From assembly GCF_044324875.1 (NCBI RefSeq), contig NZ_CP172185.1: 64,000 nucleotides of DNA, one strand, 5' to 3'. The DNA is from Escherichia coli (GTDB lineage Bacteria; Pseudomonadota; Gammaproteobacteria; Enterobacterales; Enterobacteriaceae). Both the position numbers and the translations under genes were made by a program. Positions 1 through 14,447 of this stretch are shown here, piece by piece (the first letter of the stretch is position 1; each line of letters begins with the position of its first letter). Below the pieces are notes generated by a model. That model was not told the DNA's origin, did not search any database, and saw only the letters and a list, made by a program, of their open reading frames with translations.

Positions 1-1404
1 GTGTCACTTTCGCTTTGGCAGCAGTGTCTTGCCCGATTGCAGGATGAGTTACCAGCCACAGAATTCAGTATGTGGATACGCCCATTGCAGGCGGAACTGA
101 GCGATAACACGCTGGCCCTGTACGCGCCAAACCGTTTTGTCCTCGATTGGGTACGGGACAAGTACCTTAATAATATCAATGGACTGCTAACCAGTTTCTG
201 CGGAGCGGATGCCCCACAGCTGCGTTTTGAAGTCGGCACCAAACCGGTGACGCAAACGCCACAAGCGGCAGTGACGAGCAACGTCGCGGCCCCTGCACAG
301 GTGGCGCAAACGCAGCCGCAACGTGCTGCGCCTTCTACGCGCTCAGGTTGGGATAACGTCCCGGCCCCGGCAGAACCGACCTATCGTTCTAACGTAAACG
401 TCAAACACACGTTTGATAACTTCGTTGAAGGTAAATCTAACCAACTGGCGCGCGCGGCGGCTCGCCAGGTGGCAGATAACCCTGGCGGTGCCTATAACCC
501 GTTGTTCCTTTATGGCGGCACGGGTCTGGGTAAAACTCACCTGCTGCATGCGGTGGGTAACGGCATTATGGCGCGCAAGCCGAATGCCAAAGTGGTTTAT
601 ATGCACTCCGAGCGCTTTGTTCAGGACATGGTTAAAGCCCTGCAAAACAACGCGATCGAAGAGTTTAAACGCTACTACCGTTCCGTAGATGCACTGCTGA
701 TCGACGATATTCAGTTTTTTGCTAATAAAGAACGATCTCAGGAAGAGTTTTTCCACACCTTCAACGCCCTGCTGGAAGGTAATCAACAGATCATTCTCAC
801 CTCGGATCGCTATCCGAAAGAGATCAACGGCGTTGAGGATCGTTTGAAATCCCGCTTCGGCTGGGGGCTGACTGTGGCGATCGAACCGCCAGAGCTGGAA
901 ACCCGCGTGGCGATCCTGATGAAAAAGGCCGACGAAAACGACATTCGTTTGCCGGGCGAAGTGGCGTTCTTTATCGCCAAGCGTCTACGATCTAACGTAC
1001 GTGAGCTGGAAGGCGCGCTGAACCGCGTTATTGCTAACGCCAACTTTACCGGACGGGCGATCACCATCGACTTCGTGCGTGAGGCGCTGCGCGACTTGCT
1101 GGCATTGCAGGAAAAACTGGTCACCATCGACAATATTCAGAAGACGGTGGCGGAGTACTACAAGATCAAAGTCGCGGATCTCCTTTCCAAGCGTCGATCC
1201 CGCTCGGTGGCGCGTCCGCGCCAGATGGCGATGGCGCTGGCGAAAGAACTGACTAACCACAGTCTGCCGGAGATTGGCGATGCGTTTGGTGGCCGTGACC
1301 ACACGACGGTGCTTCATGCCTGCCGTAAGATCGAGCAGCTGCGTGAAGAGAGCCACGATATCAAAGAAGATTTTTCCAATTTAATCAGAACATTGTCATC
1401 GTAA
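1..1404 (+). CDS. dnaA: Chromosomal replication initiator DnaA (467 aa, GTG start)
   Basis: Full-length ORF; Walker A motif [10 protein letters not shown]-terminal DnaA-box binding domain; followed by dnaN-recF-gyrB in canonical order. Confidence 0.97.
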
Positions 1405-1408
1405 ACCT

Positions 1409-2508
1409 ATGAAATTTACCGTAGAACGTGAGCATTTATTAAAACCGCTACAACAGGTGAGCGGGCCGTTAGGTGGTCGTCCTACGCTACCGATTCTCGG
1501 TAATCTGCTGTTACAGGTTGCTGACGGTACGTTGTCGCTGACCGGTACTGATCTCGAGATGGAAATGGTGGCACGCGTTGCGCTGGTTCAGCCACACGAA
1601 CCAGGGGCGACGACCGTTCCGGCGCGCAAATTCTTTGATATCTGCCGTGGTCTGCCTGAAGGCGCGGAAATTGCCGTGCAGCTGGAAGGTGAGCGTATGC
1701 TGGTGCGCTCCGGGCGTAGCCGTTTTTCGCTGTCTACCCTGCCAGCGGCGGATTTCCCGAACCTCGATGACTGGCAGAGCGAAGTCGAATTTACCCTGCC
1801 GCAGGCGACGATGAAGCGTCTGATTGAAGCGACCCAGTTTTCTATGGCGCATCAGGACGTTCGCTATTACTTAAACGGTATGCTGTTTGAAACCGAAGGC
1901 GAAGAACTGCGCACCGTGGCGACCGACGGCCACCGCCTGGCGGTCTGCTCCATGCCAATTGGTCAATCTTTGCCAAGCCATTCGGTGATCGTGCCGCGTA
2001 AAGGCGTGATTGAACTGATGCGTATGCTCGACGGCGGCGACAATCCGCTGCGCGTGCAGATTGGCAGCAACAACATTCGCGCCCACGTTGGCGACTTTAT
2101 CTTCACCTCGAAACTGGTGGATGGTCGCTTCCCGGATTACCGACGCGTTCTGCCGAAGAACCCGGACAAACATCTGGAAGCAGGTTGCGATCTCCTCAAG
2201 CAGGCGTTTGCTCGCGCGGCAATTCTCTCTAACGAGAAATTCCGCGGCGTACGTCTGTATGTCAGCGAAAACCAGCTGAAAATCACCGCCAACAACCCGG
2301 AACAGGAAGAAGCGGAAGAGATCCTCGACGTTACCTATAGCGGTGCGGAGATGGAAATCGGCTTCAATGTCAGCTATGTGCTGGATGTTCTGAACGCGCT
2401 GAAATGTGAAAACGTGCGCATGATGCTGACCGATTCGGTTTCCAGCGTGCAGATTGAAGATGCCGCATCACAGTCGGCTGCCTATGTTGTCATGCCAATG
2501 AGACTGTA

Positions 2509-2509
<1 letters not shown>
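1409..2509 (+). CDS. dnaN: DNA polymerase III beta sliding clamp (366 aa)
   Basis: ORF translation [21 protein letters not shown]...; begins 5 bp after dnaA stop. Confidence 0.97.
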
Positions 2510-6025
<3,516 letters not shown>

Positions 6026-6035
6026 TGGCGTTAAC

Positions 6036-6150
6036 AATGCGAGCGTGCCTGATGCGCTACGCTTATCAGGCCTACGAGACTCCTGCAATATATTGAATTT
6101 GCATGATTTTGTAGGCCGGATCAGACGTTAACGCCGCATCCGGCAAGAAG
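6036..6150. repeat. REP/BIME-type palindromic units downstream of gyrB
   Basis: Imperfect palindromes gcctgatgcgctacgcttatcaggcctac and tgtaggccggatcagacgttaacgccgcatccggca, typical of enterobacterial REP elements. Confidence 0.6.
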
Positions 6151-6159
6151 CTATAAGAA

Positions 6160-6190
6160 AAGGGCGGAGATCATCTTCGCCCTTTTTATT
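6160..6190 (+). terminator. Rho-independent terminator
   Basis: GC stem GGGCG...CGCCC followed by a T-tract. Confidence 0.55.
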
Positions 6191-6264
6191 TCTGCAATCC
6201 GCAATTATCATCCCGCAGATCTATACTTTTTGAGTCAACACGTAACGCTTTACAGGTGATTATC

Positions 6265-6663
6265 ATGGGGCTTTTTGATGAAGTTGTCGGTGCCTTTCTG
6301 AAAGGCGATGCGGGGAAATATCAGGCCATTTTGAGCTGGGTTGAGGAGCAGGGCGGCATTCAGGTGCTGCTGGAAAAACTGCAAAGTGGCGGTTTAGGTG
6401 CCATTCTCTCAACCTGGCTGAGTAATCAACAGGGCAATCAATCGGTTAGCGGCGAGCAACTGGAATCAGCGCTCGGCACAAATGCGGTGTCCGATCTCGG
6501 GCAAAAACTGGGCGTGGATACCAGTACAGCTTCCAGTTTACTGGCAGAACAATTGCCGAAGATTATTGATGCGCTCTCACCGCAAGGTGAAGTGTCACCA
6601 CAAGCCAATAACGATCTGCTTTCCGCAGGCATGGAACTGCTGAAAGGGAAACTCTTCCGCTAA
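6265..6663 (+). CDS. yidB: DUF937-family protein YidB (132 aa)
   Basis: ORF translation from MGLFDEVVGAFLKGDAG...; ATG at 6265 preferred over the upstream GTG used by the track. Confidence 0.88.
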   Translation: MGLFDEVVGAFLKGDAGKYQAILSWVEEQGGIQVLLEKLQSGGLGAILSTWLSNQQGNQSVSGEQLESALGTNAVSDLGQKLGVDTSTASSLLAEQLPKIIDALSPQGEVSPQANNDLLSAGMELLKGKLFR

Positions 6664-6777
6664 GCAAATGGGGAGCACGCAACGCGCGTTGCATCCCCCT
6701 TTTCCTTCGGGTGTTGTACTGATTTTTGAGCGGAATCGCGTTAGCATGGGTCAGGAACCAATCTACCTGGGGAACTC

Positions 6778-7590
6778 ATGGCTATCAAACTCATTGCTAT
6801 CGATATGGATGGCACCCTTCTGCTGCCCGATCACACCATTTCACCCGCTGTTAAAAATGCGATTGCCGCAGCTCGCGCCCGTGGCGTAAATGTCGTGCTG
6901 ACGACGGGCCGCCCTTATGCAGGTGTTCATAATTACCTGAAAGAGCTGCATATGGAACAGCCGGGCGACTACTGCATTACTTACAACGGTGCGCTGGTGC
7001 AGAAGGCCGCTGATGGTAGCACCGTGGCGCAAACCGCTCTCAGCTATGACGACTACCGTTTCCTGGAAAAACTCTCTCGCGAAGTCGGTTCTCATTTCCA
7101 CGCCCTGGACCGCACCACGCTGTATACAGCAAATCGCGATATCAGCTACTACACGGTGCATGAATCCTTCGTTGCCACCATTCCGCTGGTGTTCTGCGAA
7201 GCGGAGAAAATGGACCCCAATACCCAGTTCCTGAAAGTGATGATGATTGATGAACCCGCCATCCTCGACCAGGCTATCGCGCGTATTCCGCAGGAAGTGA
7301 AAGAGAAATATACCGTGCTGAAAAGTGCGCCGTATTTCCTCGAAATCCTCGATAAACGCGTTAACAAGGGTACGGGTGTGAAATCACTGGCCGACGTGTT
7401 AGGTATTAAACCGGAAGAAATCATGGCGATTGGCGATCAGGAAAACGACATCGCAATGATTGAATATGCAGGCGTCGGTGTGGCGATGGATAATGCTATT
7501 CCTTCGGTGAAAGAAGTGGCGAACTTTGTCACCAAATCCAACCTTGAAGATGGCGTGGCGTTTGCTATTGAGAAGTATGTGCTGAATTAA
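6778..7590 (+). CDS. yidA: HAD-family sugar phosphatase YidA (270 aa)
   Basis: HAD motif I (IAIDMDGTLL) at N-terminus and motif IV (GDQENDIAM) near C-terminus. Confidence 0.93.
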   Translation: MAIKLIAIDMDGTLLLPDHTISPAVKNAIAAARARGVNVVLTTGRPYAGVHNYLKELHMEQPGDYCITYNGALVQKAADGSTVAQTALSYDDYRFLEKLSREVGSHFHALDRTTLYTANRDISYYTVHESFVATIPLVFCEAEKMDPNTQFLKVMMIDEPAILDQAIARIPQEVKEKYTVLKSAPYFLEILDKRVNKGTGVKSLADVLGIKPEEIMAIGDQENDIAMIEYAGVGVAMDNAIPSVKEVANFVTKSNLEDGVAFAIEKYVLN

Positions 7591-7596
7591 TCAGTG

Positions 7597-7628
7597 AACG
7601 GGCAAACGGCATGAATGCGTTTGCCCGC
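7597..7628. terminator. Hairpin between convergent yidA and yidX
   Basis: Inverted repeat cgggcaaacg...cgtttgcccg. Confidence 0.45.
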
Positions 7629-7633
7629 AGCGA

Positions 7634-7975
7634 TTAACAATTTCTGGTCGTGCATAAAATCAGGAACTGGAGTGGTGACGTTACTATATCCAGCGTAAGA
7701 GTGACTGGCAGCAGCGCATTAACGAGGCCGCGCGGGACGCCATCTGTTGCTTTGTACTCATAAAATCCCACCGTAAAGGGTTGATGGAAAACCATCACGT
7801 TTGAGTAATCCGCTTTTTTATTTTTCTGGTGGATTGAGCCTTTCAAACCGTCCAGCATCCATGTACAACGCCGGGTATCACAAATAAAACCATATTGTGT
7901 TGCCAGTGCCTTATCTTCTTCGTTGTTCCAGTCGTAATAGAGCGTAATAGCACCAGAGAAATTCTTATTACTGCT
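7634..7975 (-). pseudogene. yidX: yidX lipoprotein gene, C-terminal fragment, separated from its 5' part by an IS insertion
   Basis: Reading leftward from 7975 on the minus strand gives SSNKNFSGAITLYYDWNNEEDKALATQYGF...MLDGLKGSIHQKNKK... in frame to the stop at 7634; joins in frame to the fragment at 10426..10740 once the IS and one TSD copy are removed. Confidence 0.8.
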
Positions 7976-7983
7976 GCTTAAAA
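7976..7983. repeat. 8-bp target-site duplication GCTTAAAA (left copy)
   Basis: Identical 8-mer directly abuts both IS ends (7976..7983 and 10426..10433). Confidence 0.85.
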
Positions 7984-8020
7984 GTAAGCGTACAGCGAGG
8001 GCCGTATTGACGGGGATGTG

Positions 8021-9559
8021 TTATTCAGCTGGCAGTGCTATGCGCCACGGAAGCAGTTCGCTGACCCGGTTGACCGGCCAGTCTGCTATGACGCCAAGCA
8101 CATGGCGAAGGTAGCTTTCTGGATCCACGTCATTCAGTTTGCACGTCCCTATCAGGCTGTACAGTAGCGCTCCCCGCTCACCACCATGGCCAGAGCCGAA
8201 GAACAGGAAGTTTTTACGACCCAGACTTACCGCCCGCAGGGCATTTTCAGCGATGTTGTTGTCGATTTCCACCCAGCCATCGTTCGCATAGTACGTCAGT
8301 GCCGGCCACTGGTTAAGTGCGTACGCGAACGCCTTCGCCAACTCTGAGTGTCGCGACAGGGTCTTCATCTTTTCACGCAACCAGCTTTCCAGGGATTTCA
8401 ACAGCGGTTTCGTTTTTCGCTGACGTTCAGCAAGCCGCTGCTCTGCCGGCATTCCCCTTATATCCGCCTCTATGGCGTACAACTGACCGATCTGCTCCAG
8501 GGCTTCTTCCGTCAGTGCTGACGGGATGCGGACGTGCACATCGTGGATCTTTCGGCGGGCATGAGCCCAGCAGGCAGCTTCCGTTATCCCACCATTGCGA
8601 TACAGCTCGTTGAACCCGGCGTACGCATCCGCTTGCAGCACACCGCTGAAGCAAGCAAGATGAGTCTGCGGATGGATGCCTTTTCTGTCCGGGCTGTAAG
8701 CGAACCACACTGCAGGTGCCAACGCTGACCCGGCATTGCGGTCATCACGAACATACGCCCACAACCGCCCGGTCTTCGTCTTCTTATTACCCGGCATCAG
8801 TACCTGGACCGGGGTATCATCGGCATGGAGTTTGCCGTCAGTCATGACATAGCCATGAAGCGCCTCTTCCAGCGGAGACAGCAGCCGGCAGCATGCATCC
8901 ACCCAGCCCGACAGCAGTGAACGGCTCAGCTCCACACCTTGCCGGCCGTATATTTCTGACTGGCGATACAGCGGGGTGTGCTCTGCATACTTCGAGGTCA
9001 GCACGCGGGCCAGCAGCCCCGGTCCGGCGATACCCCGCTCGATGGGCCGCGAAGGTGCAGGTGCCTGCACGATGGCATCGCACTGAGTACAGGCATGTTT
9101 TTCCCGTACCGTCCGGATAACCCGGAAGGCGCTACGCATCAACTCCAGCTGTTCGGCGGTATCCTCGCCCAGATAGCTCAGTGAACCGCCGCAGTTCGGG
9201 CAGCACGGCGCCGCAGGCAACAGTCGCTTTTCGTCACGGGGTAGTGATTCAGGGAACGGCTTACGGATGCGGGTCTGACGCAACGGACGCTGTACTGCCG
9301 GGTCATACACCCTACCAGTCAGCGTATCGCTCTCTTTCTGAAGCTGGTTCAGATCGGCTTCCATTTGTGCGATACGGCGGGAGACTTTTTCGGAACGACT
9401 GCCGAAGTTCATCCGGCGGAGTTTATCCAGCTGCGCCTGCAGATGGTCTATTTCGCGCTCCCGGTTGCTCAGCTTTTCCTGCAGGGCGTGGATCAGCGCT
9501 TCCTGTTCGGCCAGGCGCTGTTTCAGCAGGAAGATGTCGTCAGAAGAGATGTCGTTCAT
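8021..9559 (-). CDS. IS66-family transposase TnpC (512 aa)
   Basis: N-terminal leucine-zipper/coiled coil, Cys cluster CCPNCGG...CTQC, DDE-type core. Confidence 0.92.
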   Translation of the reverse strand: MNDISSDDIFLLKQRLAEQEALIHALQEKLSNREREIDHLQAQLDKLRRMNFGSRSEKVSRRIAQMEADLNQLQKESDTLTGRVYDPAVQRPLRQTRIRKPFPESLPRDEKRLLPAAPCCPNCGGSLSYLGEDTAEQLELMRSAFRVIRTVREKHACTQCDAIVQAPAPSRPIERGIAGPGLLARVLTSKYAEHTPLYRQSEIYGRQGVELSRSLLSGWVDACCRLLSPLEEALHGYVMTDGKLHADDTPVQVLMPGNKKTKTGRLWAYVRDDRNAGSALAPAVWFAYSPDRKGIHPQTHLACFSGVLQADAYAGFNELYRNGGITEAACWAHARRKIHDVHVRIPSALTEEALEQIGQLYAIEADIRGMPAEQRLAERQRKTKPLLKSLESWLREKMKTLSRHSELAKAFAYALNQWPALTYYANDGWVEIDNNIAENALRAVSLGRKNFLFFGSGHGGERGALLYSLIGTCKLNDVDPESYLRHVLGVIADWPVNRVSELLPWRIALPAE

Positions 9560-9608
9560 AAGCCCGTATTTTACCGGGCTTATTCTGTGACAACCAGGAT
9601 AAAGAGAT

Positions 9609-9956
9609 TTACAGCATGGTCAGGGAGGTCAGCAGCCGCTTAGGCTGTCGCCAGTCGATACCTTCCAGCAGCATCGCCAGCTGCGCCTGTGTAAGGAACA
9701 CTTTGCCATCACGGGCTGACGGCCAGGCGAAGCGCCCACGCTCCAGCCGTTTGGTCAGGAGGCACAGTCCGTCACCGGTGGACCACAGCAGTTTAACCTG
9801 ACTGCCGCTGCGGCCCCGGAAAATGAAAACATGGCCGGACATGGGATCGTCTTTCAGCGCCGTCTGTACTTTCGCAGCCAGGCCGTTGAAGCCATTTCTC
9901 ATATCGGTGATACCGGCAACCAGCCAAATTTTGGTCCCGGAAGGTAAAGGGATCAT
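9609..9956 (-). CDS. IS66-family accessory protein TnpB (115 aa)
   Basis: Translation [30 protein letters not shown]...; overlaps tnpA stop by 4 nt. Confidence 0.9.
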   Translation of the reverse strand: MIPLPSGTKIWLVAGITDMRNGFNGLAAKVQTALKDDPMSGHVFIFRGRSGSQVKLLWSTGDGLCLLTKRLERGRFAWPSARDGKVFLTQAQLAMLLEGIDWRQPKRLLTSLTML

Positions 9957-10354
9957 CGCTTCAGTTCCTGTATCAGCAGAGTCAGGAGCTTTTCGCTGAC
10001 ATTGCCATTGAAGCGGAGCGTCCCGTGCCGGAACGTTACCTCACAGCTGATACTGAGGGTTTCCGGGTCCTCTGCGAGCGATTCTGGCTGTTCGGCAGCT
10101 GCATCGAGAGTCACAGGAAGTAGCTGGGGGCTCTCTGAAGAAGGTAATAGCAGCTTTCCCTCGCGCCATTGTTGTCGCCATTTGAACAACAGATTGGCGT
10201 TAATGCCATTTTCAAGAGCAAGTTTTGAGATGGATATCCCGGGTTCACAGGAGGCAGCAACGAGCTGCTGTTTAAATTCGGGAGGATAATTAGGGCAGCC
10301 TTTTCGCCTGCCGGGAGTCACATTTTTCTGCATATCTGACACTTTGGTTCCCAC
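9953..10354 (-). CDS. IS66-family accessory protein TnpA (133 aa)
   Basis: First ORF inside the IS, upstream of tnpB/tnpC on the same strand. Confidence 0.85.
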   Translation of the reverse strand: MGTKVSDMQKNVTPGRRKGCPNYPPEFKQQLVAASCEPGISISKLALENGINANLLFKWRQQWREGKLLLPSSESPQLLPVTLDAAAEQPESLAEDPETLSISCEVTFRHGTLRFNGNVSEKLLTLLIQELKR

Positions 10355-10425
10355 TACTTATTTGGTGGACACCACTTTGTCTAATTCGTCAGATTCTGAC
10401 CAGACGGTTCAGGCTGTACGCTTAC

Positions 10426-10433
10426 GCTTAAAA
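10426..10433. repeat. 8-bp target-site duplication GCTTAAAA (right copy)
   Basis: Matches 7976..7983. Confidence 0.85.
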
Positions 10434-10740
10434 TAAATTTCGCGTTATCAGAAACGGTGATTCTTTCACCATGAATTGCCGGATCGTTCAGCATTTTAAC
10501 CACCTCATCGCCGCCGGTGGTCAACAGATAGTCCAACGATTCACCAACAAAAACATAGCCTTTCGTACCGTTACTATCTTCTGCCAGCGATAAACCCTTA
10601 ATCGTGTCTGACCGCCATTGCTCGGCATGTGGAGGGCTTGCAGTATTGGAAACCAATCCCCAGGTGATACATCCGGTCAACGCAAATGCCAAAGAACACA
10701 AACCGGCAGCCTTAAAAAATCCCTTAAAATTCAACTTCAT
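10426..10740 (-). pseudogene. yidX: yidX lipoprotein gene, N-terminal fragment (lipoprotein signal peptide with lipobox LTGC), truncated by IS insertion
   Basis: Start [24 protein letters not shown] at 10740; the reading frame runs into IS sequence at 10425 and ends after 15 IS-encoded codons. Confidence 0.8.
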
Positions 10741-10877
10741 GATTAATCCTTTAAACGAGTAGCTAAGCCGTTGAAAGCATACTCTTCTTTCCCTCCTGTT
10801 TAGCGCCTGATATCCCTTTTCAGATTTCTGCCCGACGCATGTCATTTTTTTATGCATTGTTCTTTTTGTGATCTAAA

Positions 10878-10909
10878 TTGTAGTACAACAGTATAAGTTT
10901 GTACTACAT
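10878..10909. promoter_or_regulatory. Putative DgoR operator (two inverted-repeat half sites) in the dgo promoter region
   Basis: TTGTAGTACAA and TTGTACTACAT repeats about 110 bp upstream of dgoR; GntR-family operators are short palindromes of this kind. Confidence 0.45.
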
Positions 10910-11017
10910 TACGCACACGGCAAACGCGAACGTCATCACGCTGGTACTACAAAGTTGCCGCGTTATGCATCGATCGGGGTAAAGTAGAGAAGAACATACA
11001 GAGCACAAGGACTCTCC

Positions 11018-11707
11018 ATGACTCTCAATAAAACCGATCGCATCGTCATTACGCTGGGTAAACAGATCGTTCACGGCAAATACGTGCCAGGCTCGCCGCT
11101 TCCGGCTGAGGCGGAACTCTGTGAGGAGTTTGCAACCTCGCGCAACATCATCCGTGAGGTGTTCCGCTCGCTGATGGCGAAGCGGCTGATTGAAATGAAA
11201 CGTTATCGCGGGGCGTTTGTGGCACCGCGTAACCAGTGGAATTACCTCGACACTGACGTACTGCAATGGGTGCTGGAAAACGACTACGACCCACGGCTTA
11301 TCAGTGCAATGAGCGAAGTGCGAAATCTGGTGGAACCGGCGATTGCCCGTTGGGCGGCAGAACGCGCGACCTCCAGCGATCTGGCGCAGATTGAATCGGC
11401 GCTGAACGAGATGATTGCCAACAATCAGGACCGCGAAGCGTTTAACGAAGCGGATATTCGCTACCACGAGGCGGTGCTGCAGTCGGTGCATAACCCGGTG
11501 TTACAGCAACTTAGCATTGCGATCAGTTCGCTGCAGCGGGCGGTTTTTGAACGAACCTGGATGGGCGATGAGGCCAACATGCCGCAAACGCTCCAGGAAC
11601 ATAAGGCGCTGTTCGATGCGATACGGCATCAGGACGGCGATGCGGCAGAGCAGGCGGCGCTTACCATGATCGCCAGCTCGACACGAAGGTTAAAGGAAAT
11701 CACATGA
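11018..11707 (+). CDS. dgoR: GntR/FadR-family repressor of galactonate operon (229 aa)
   Basis: N-terminal GntR HTH; first gene of dgoRKADT. Confidence 0.95.
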   Translation: MTLNKTDRIVITLGKQIVHGKYVPGSPLPAEAELCEEFATSRNIIREVFRSLMAKRLIEMKRYRGAFVAPRNQWNYLDTDVLQWVLENDYDPRLISAMSEVRNLVEPAIARWAAERATSSDLAQIESALNEMIANNQDREAFNEADIRYHEAVLQSVHNPVLQQLSIAISSLQRAVFERTWMGDEANMPQTLQEHKALFDAIRHQDGDAAEQAALTMIASSTRRLKEIT

Positions 11708-12582
11708 CAGCTCGCTACATCGCAATTGACTGGGGATCGACCAATCTGCGCGCCTGGCTTTATCATGGCGACCACTGCCTGGAGAGCAGGCAATCAGAAG
11801 CAGGCGTCACGCGTCTGAACGGAAAATCTCCGGCTGCGGTGTTAGCAGAAGTGACGACCGACTGGCGTGAAGAGAATACGCCAGTGGTAATGGCAGGAAT
11901 GGTCGGCAGCAATGTCGGCTGGAAAGTCGCGCCGTATTTATCCGTTCCTGCACGTTTTTCGTCTATTGGCGAACAATTAACGTCGGTTGGCGACAATATC
12001 TGGATTATTCCCGGATTATGCGTCTCTCATGACGATAACCACAATGTGATGCGCGGCGAAGAAACACAATTGATCGGCGCGCGCACTTTGGCTCCTTCCT
12101 CTCTTTATGTTATGCCCGGAACCCATTGCAAATGGGTGCAGGCCGATAGCCAGCAAATCAACGATTTTCGCACCGTAATGACCGGTGAATTACATCATTT
12201 ACTGTTAAATCACTCATTGATTGGCGCAGGTTTGCCGCCGCAGGAAAACTCTGCCGATGCCTTCGTGGCTGGCCTTGAGCGTGGCCTTAATGCGCCCGCC
12301 ATATTGCCGCAGCTTTTTGAAGTTCGCGCCTCGCATGTGCTGGGAACGCTTCCCCGCGAACAGGTCAGCGAATTTCTCTCTGGTTTGTTGATTGGCGCAG
12401 AGGTTGCCAGTATGCGCGACTATGTGGCCCATCAACACGCCATCACCCTTGTCGCCGGAACATCGCTGACCGCGCGCTACCAGCAAGCCTTTCAGGCGAT
12501 GGGTTGCGACGTGGCGGCGGTGGCGGGTGACACGGCATTTCAGGCTGGTATAAGGAGCATCGCTCATGCAGTGGCAAACTAA
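11704..12582 (+). CDS. dgoK: 2-dehydro-3-deoxygalactonokinase (292 aa)
   Basis: Start overlaps dgoR stop (ATGA); operon context. Confidence 0.94.
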   Translation: MTARYIAIDWGSTNLRAWLYHGDHCLESRQSEAGVTRLNGKSPAAVLAEVTTDWREENTPVVMAGMVGSNVGWKVAPYLSVPARFSSIGEQLTSVGDNIWIIPGLCVSHDDNHNVMRGEETQLIGARTLAPSSLYVMPGTHCKWVQADSQQINDFRTVMTGELHHLLLNHSLIGAGLPPQENSADAFVAGLERGLNAPAILPQLFEVRASHVLGTLPREQVSEFLSGLLIGAEVASMRDYVAHQHAITLVAGTSLTARYQQAFQAMGCDVAAVAGDTAFQAGIRSIAHAVAN

Positions 12583-13183
12583 ACTCCCGCTGATCGCCAT
12601 TTTGCGCGGTATTACGCCCGACGAGGCGCTGGCGCATGTTGGCGCGGTGATTGACGCCGGGTTCGACGCGGTTGAAATCCCGCTGAATTCCCCACAATGG
12701 GAGCAGAGCATTCCCGCCATCGTTGATGCGTATGGCGACAAGGCGTTGATTGGCGCAGGTACGGTACTGAAACCTGAACAGGTCGATGTGCTCGCCAGGA
12801 TGGGCTGCCAGCTCATCGTTACGCCCAATATCCATAGTGAAGTGATCCGCCGTGCGGTGGGCTACGGCATGACCGTTTGCCCCGGCTGCGCGACGGCGAC
12901 CGAAGCCTTTACCGCGCTCGACGCGGGTGCGCAGGCGCTGAAAATATTCCCTTCATCGGCTTTTGGTCCGCAATACATCAAAGCGTTAAAAGCGGTATTA
13001 CCACCGGACATCGCAGTCTTTGCCGTTGGCGGCGTGACGCCAGAAAACCTGGCGCAGTGGATAGACGCAGGTTGTGCAGGGGCAGGCTTAGGCAGCGATC
13101 TCTATCGCGCCGGGCAGTCCATAGAACGCACCGCGCAGCAGGCAGCAGCATTTGTTAAGGCGTATCGAGAGGCAGTGCAATGA
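12566..13183 (+). CDS. dgoA: 2-dehydro-3-deoxy-6-phosphogalactonate aldolase (205 aa)
   Basis: KDPG-aldolase-like sequence; overlaps dgoK end. Confidence 0.94.
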   Translation: MQWQTKLPLIAILRGITPDEALAHVGAVIDAGFDAVEIPLNSPQWEQSIPAIVDAYGDKALIGAGTVLKPEQVDVLARMGCQLIVTPNIHSEVIRRAVGYGMTVCPGCATATEAFTALDAGAQALKIFPSSAFGPQYIKALKAVLPPDIAVFAVGGVTPENLAQWIDAGCAGAGLGSDLYRAGQSIERTAQQAAAFVKAYREAVQ

Positions 13184-14328
13184 AAATCACCAAAATTACC
13201 ACGTATCGTTTACCTCCCCGCTGGATGTTCCTGAAAATTGAAACCGATGAAGGCGTGGTCGGCTGGGGCGAGCCCGTGATCGAAGGCCGCGCCCGTACAG
13301 TGGAAGCGGCAGTTCACGAACTGAGCGACTATTTGATTGGTCAGGATCCATCGCGCATCAATGACTTATGGCAAGTGATGTATCGCGCCGGATTTTATCG
13401 TGGCGGTCCAATCCTGATGAGCGCCATCGCCGGGATCGACCAGGCGTTATGGGATATCAAAGGCAAAGTGCTGAATGCGCCGGTGTGGCAACTGATGGGC
13501 GGCCTGGTTCGCGACAAAATTAAAGCCTACAGTTGGGTCGGCGGCGATCGTCCGGCGGATGTTATCGACGGCATTAAAACCCTGCGTGAAATCGGCTTCG
13601 ATACCTTCAAACTGAACGGTTGTGAAGAACTGGGGCTAATTGATAACTCCCGCGCGGTAGATGCGGCAGTCAACACCGTGGCACAAATTCGTGAAGCTTT
13701 TGGCAATCAGATTGAGTTTGGTCTTGATTTCCACGGTCGCGTCAGCGCGCCGATGGCGAAAGTGCTGATTAAAGAACTGGAGCCGTATCGCCCGCTGTTT
13801 ATTGAAGAGCCGGTGCTGGCGGAACAAGCCGAATACTACCCGAAACTGGCGGCACAAACGCATATTCCACTGGCGGCGGGTGAGCGCATGTTCTCACGCT
13901 TCGATTTTAAACGTGTGCTGGAGGCAGGCGGTATTTCGATTCTGCAACCGGATCTCTCCCACGCAGGCGGTATTACCGAATGCTACAAAATTGCCGGAAT
14001 GGCAGAAGCCTATGACGTGACCCTTGCGCCGCACTGTCCGCTCGGACCGATTGCACTGGCGGCTTGCCTGCATATCGACTTTGTTTCCTATAACGCCGTA
14101 CTTCAGGAACAAAGTATGGGAATTCATTACAACAAAGGCGCGGAGTTACTCGACTTTGTGAAAAACAAAGAAGACTTCAGCATGGTTGGCGGCTTCTTTA
14201 AACCGCTAACGAAACCGGGCTTAGGCGTGGAAATCGACGAAGCTAAAGTTATTGAGTTCAGTAAAAATGCCCCGGACTGGCGTAATCCGCTCTGGCGTCA
14301 TGAAGATAACAGCGTAGCAGAGTGGTAA
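13180..14328 (+). CDS. dgoD: D-galactonate dehydratase (382 aa), enolase superfamily
   Basis: Translation [32 protein letters not shown]... Confidence 0.96.
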   Translation: MKITKITTYRLPPRWMFLKIETDEGVVGWGEPVIEGRARTVEAAVHELSDYLIGQDPSRINDLWQVMYRAGFYRGGPILMSAIAGIDQALWDIKGKVLNAPVWQLMGGLVRDKIKAYSWVGGDRPADVIDGIKTLREIGFDTFKLNGCEELGLIDNSRAVDAAVNTVAQIREAFGNQIEFGLDFHGRVSAPMAKVLIKELEPYRPLFIEEPVLAEQAEYYPKLAAQTHIPLAAGERMFSRFDFKRVLEAGGISILQPDLSHAGGITECYKIAGMAEAYDVTLAPHCPLGPIALAACLHIDFVSYNAVLQEQSMGIHYNKGAELLDFVKNKEDFSMVGGFFKPLTKPGLGVEIDEAKVIEFSKNAPDWRNPLWRHEDNSVAEW

Positions 14329-14447
14329 TTCCTGCCACGTAAGCCCCTCATCGGGCACTAAAACAGTAATACAAAAATATAACCCTCTGTAAATTACAGG
14401 GCATGGTGAGCGGCTTCGCTATGCCCAAAATCTGGAGAAAGCTCGCT

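Larger units (their letters stand above)
7984..10425 (-). mobile_element. IS66-family insertion sequence (2,442 bp; ISEc8-like), tnpA-tnpB-tnpC on minus strand
   Basis: Terminal inverted repeats GTAAGCGTACAGC at both ends (7984 onward and the reverse complement ending at 10425); three ORFs typical of IS66; flanked by 8-bp direct repeat. Confidence 0.9.

Noticed and set aside
8317-9643. Several plus-strand ORFs (60 to 126 aa) inside the IS element
   Set aside because: Antisense to the tnpC transposase gene within the IS; no independent support.
10381-10857. 158-aa ORF reported as a single gene
   Set aside because: It is a chimera of yidX upstream sequence, the yidX 5' fragment and 15 codons of IS terminal sequence; annotated instead as a disrupted yidX.
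10904-11491. 195-aa minus-strand ORF overlapping dgoR
   Set aside because: Antisense to dgoR and extends through the dgo promoter and operator region.
12214-12835. Minus-strand ORFs (204 and 130 aa) across the dgoK/dgoA junction
   Set aside because: Antisense to the dgo operon; GC-rich frame artefacts.
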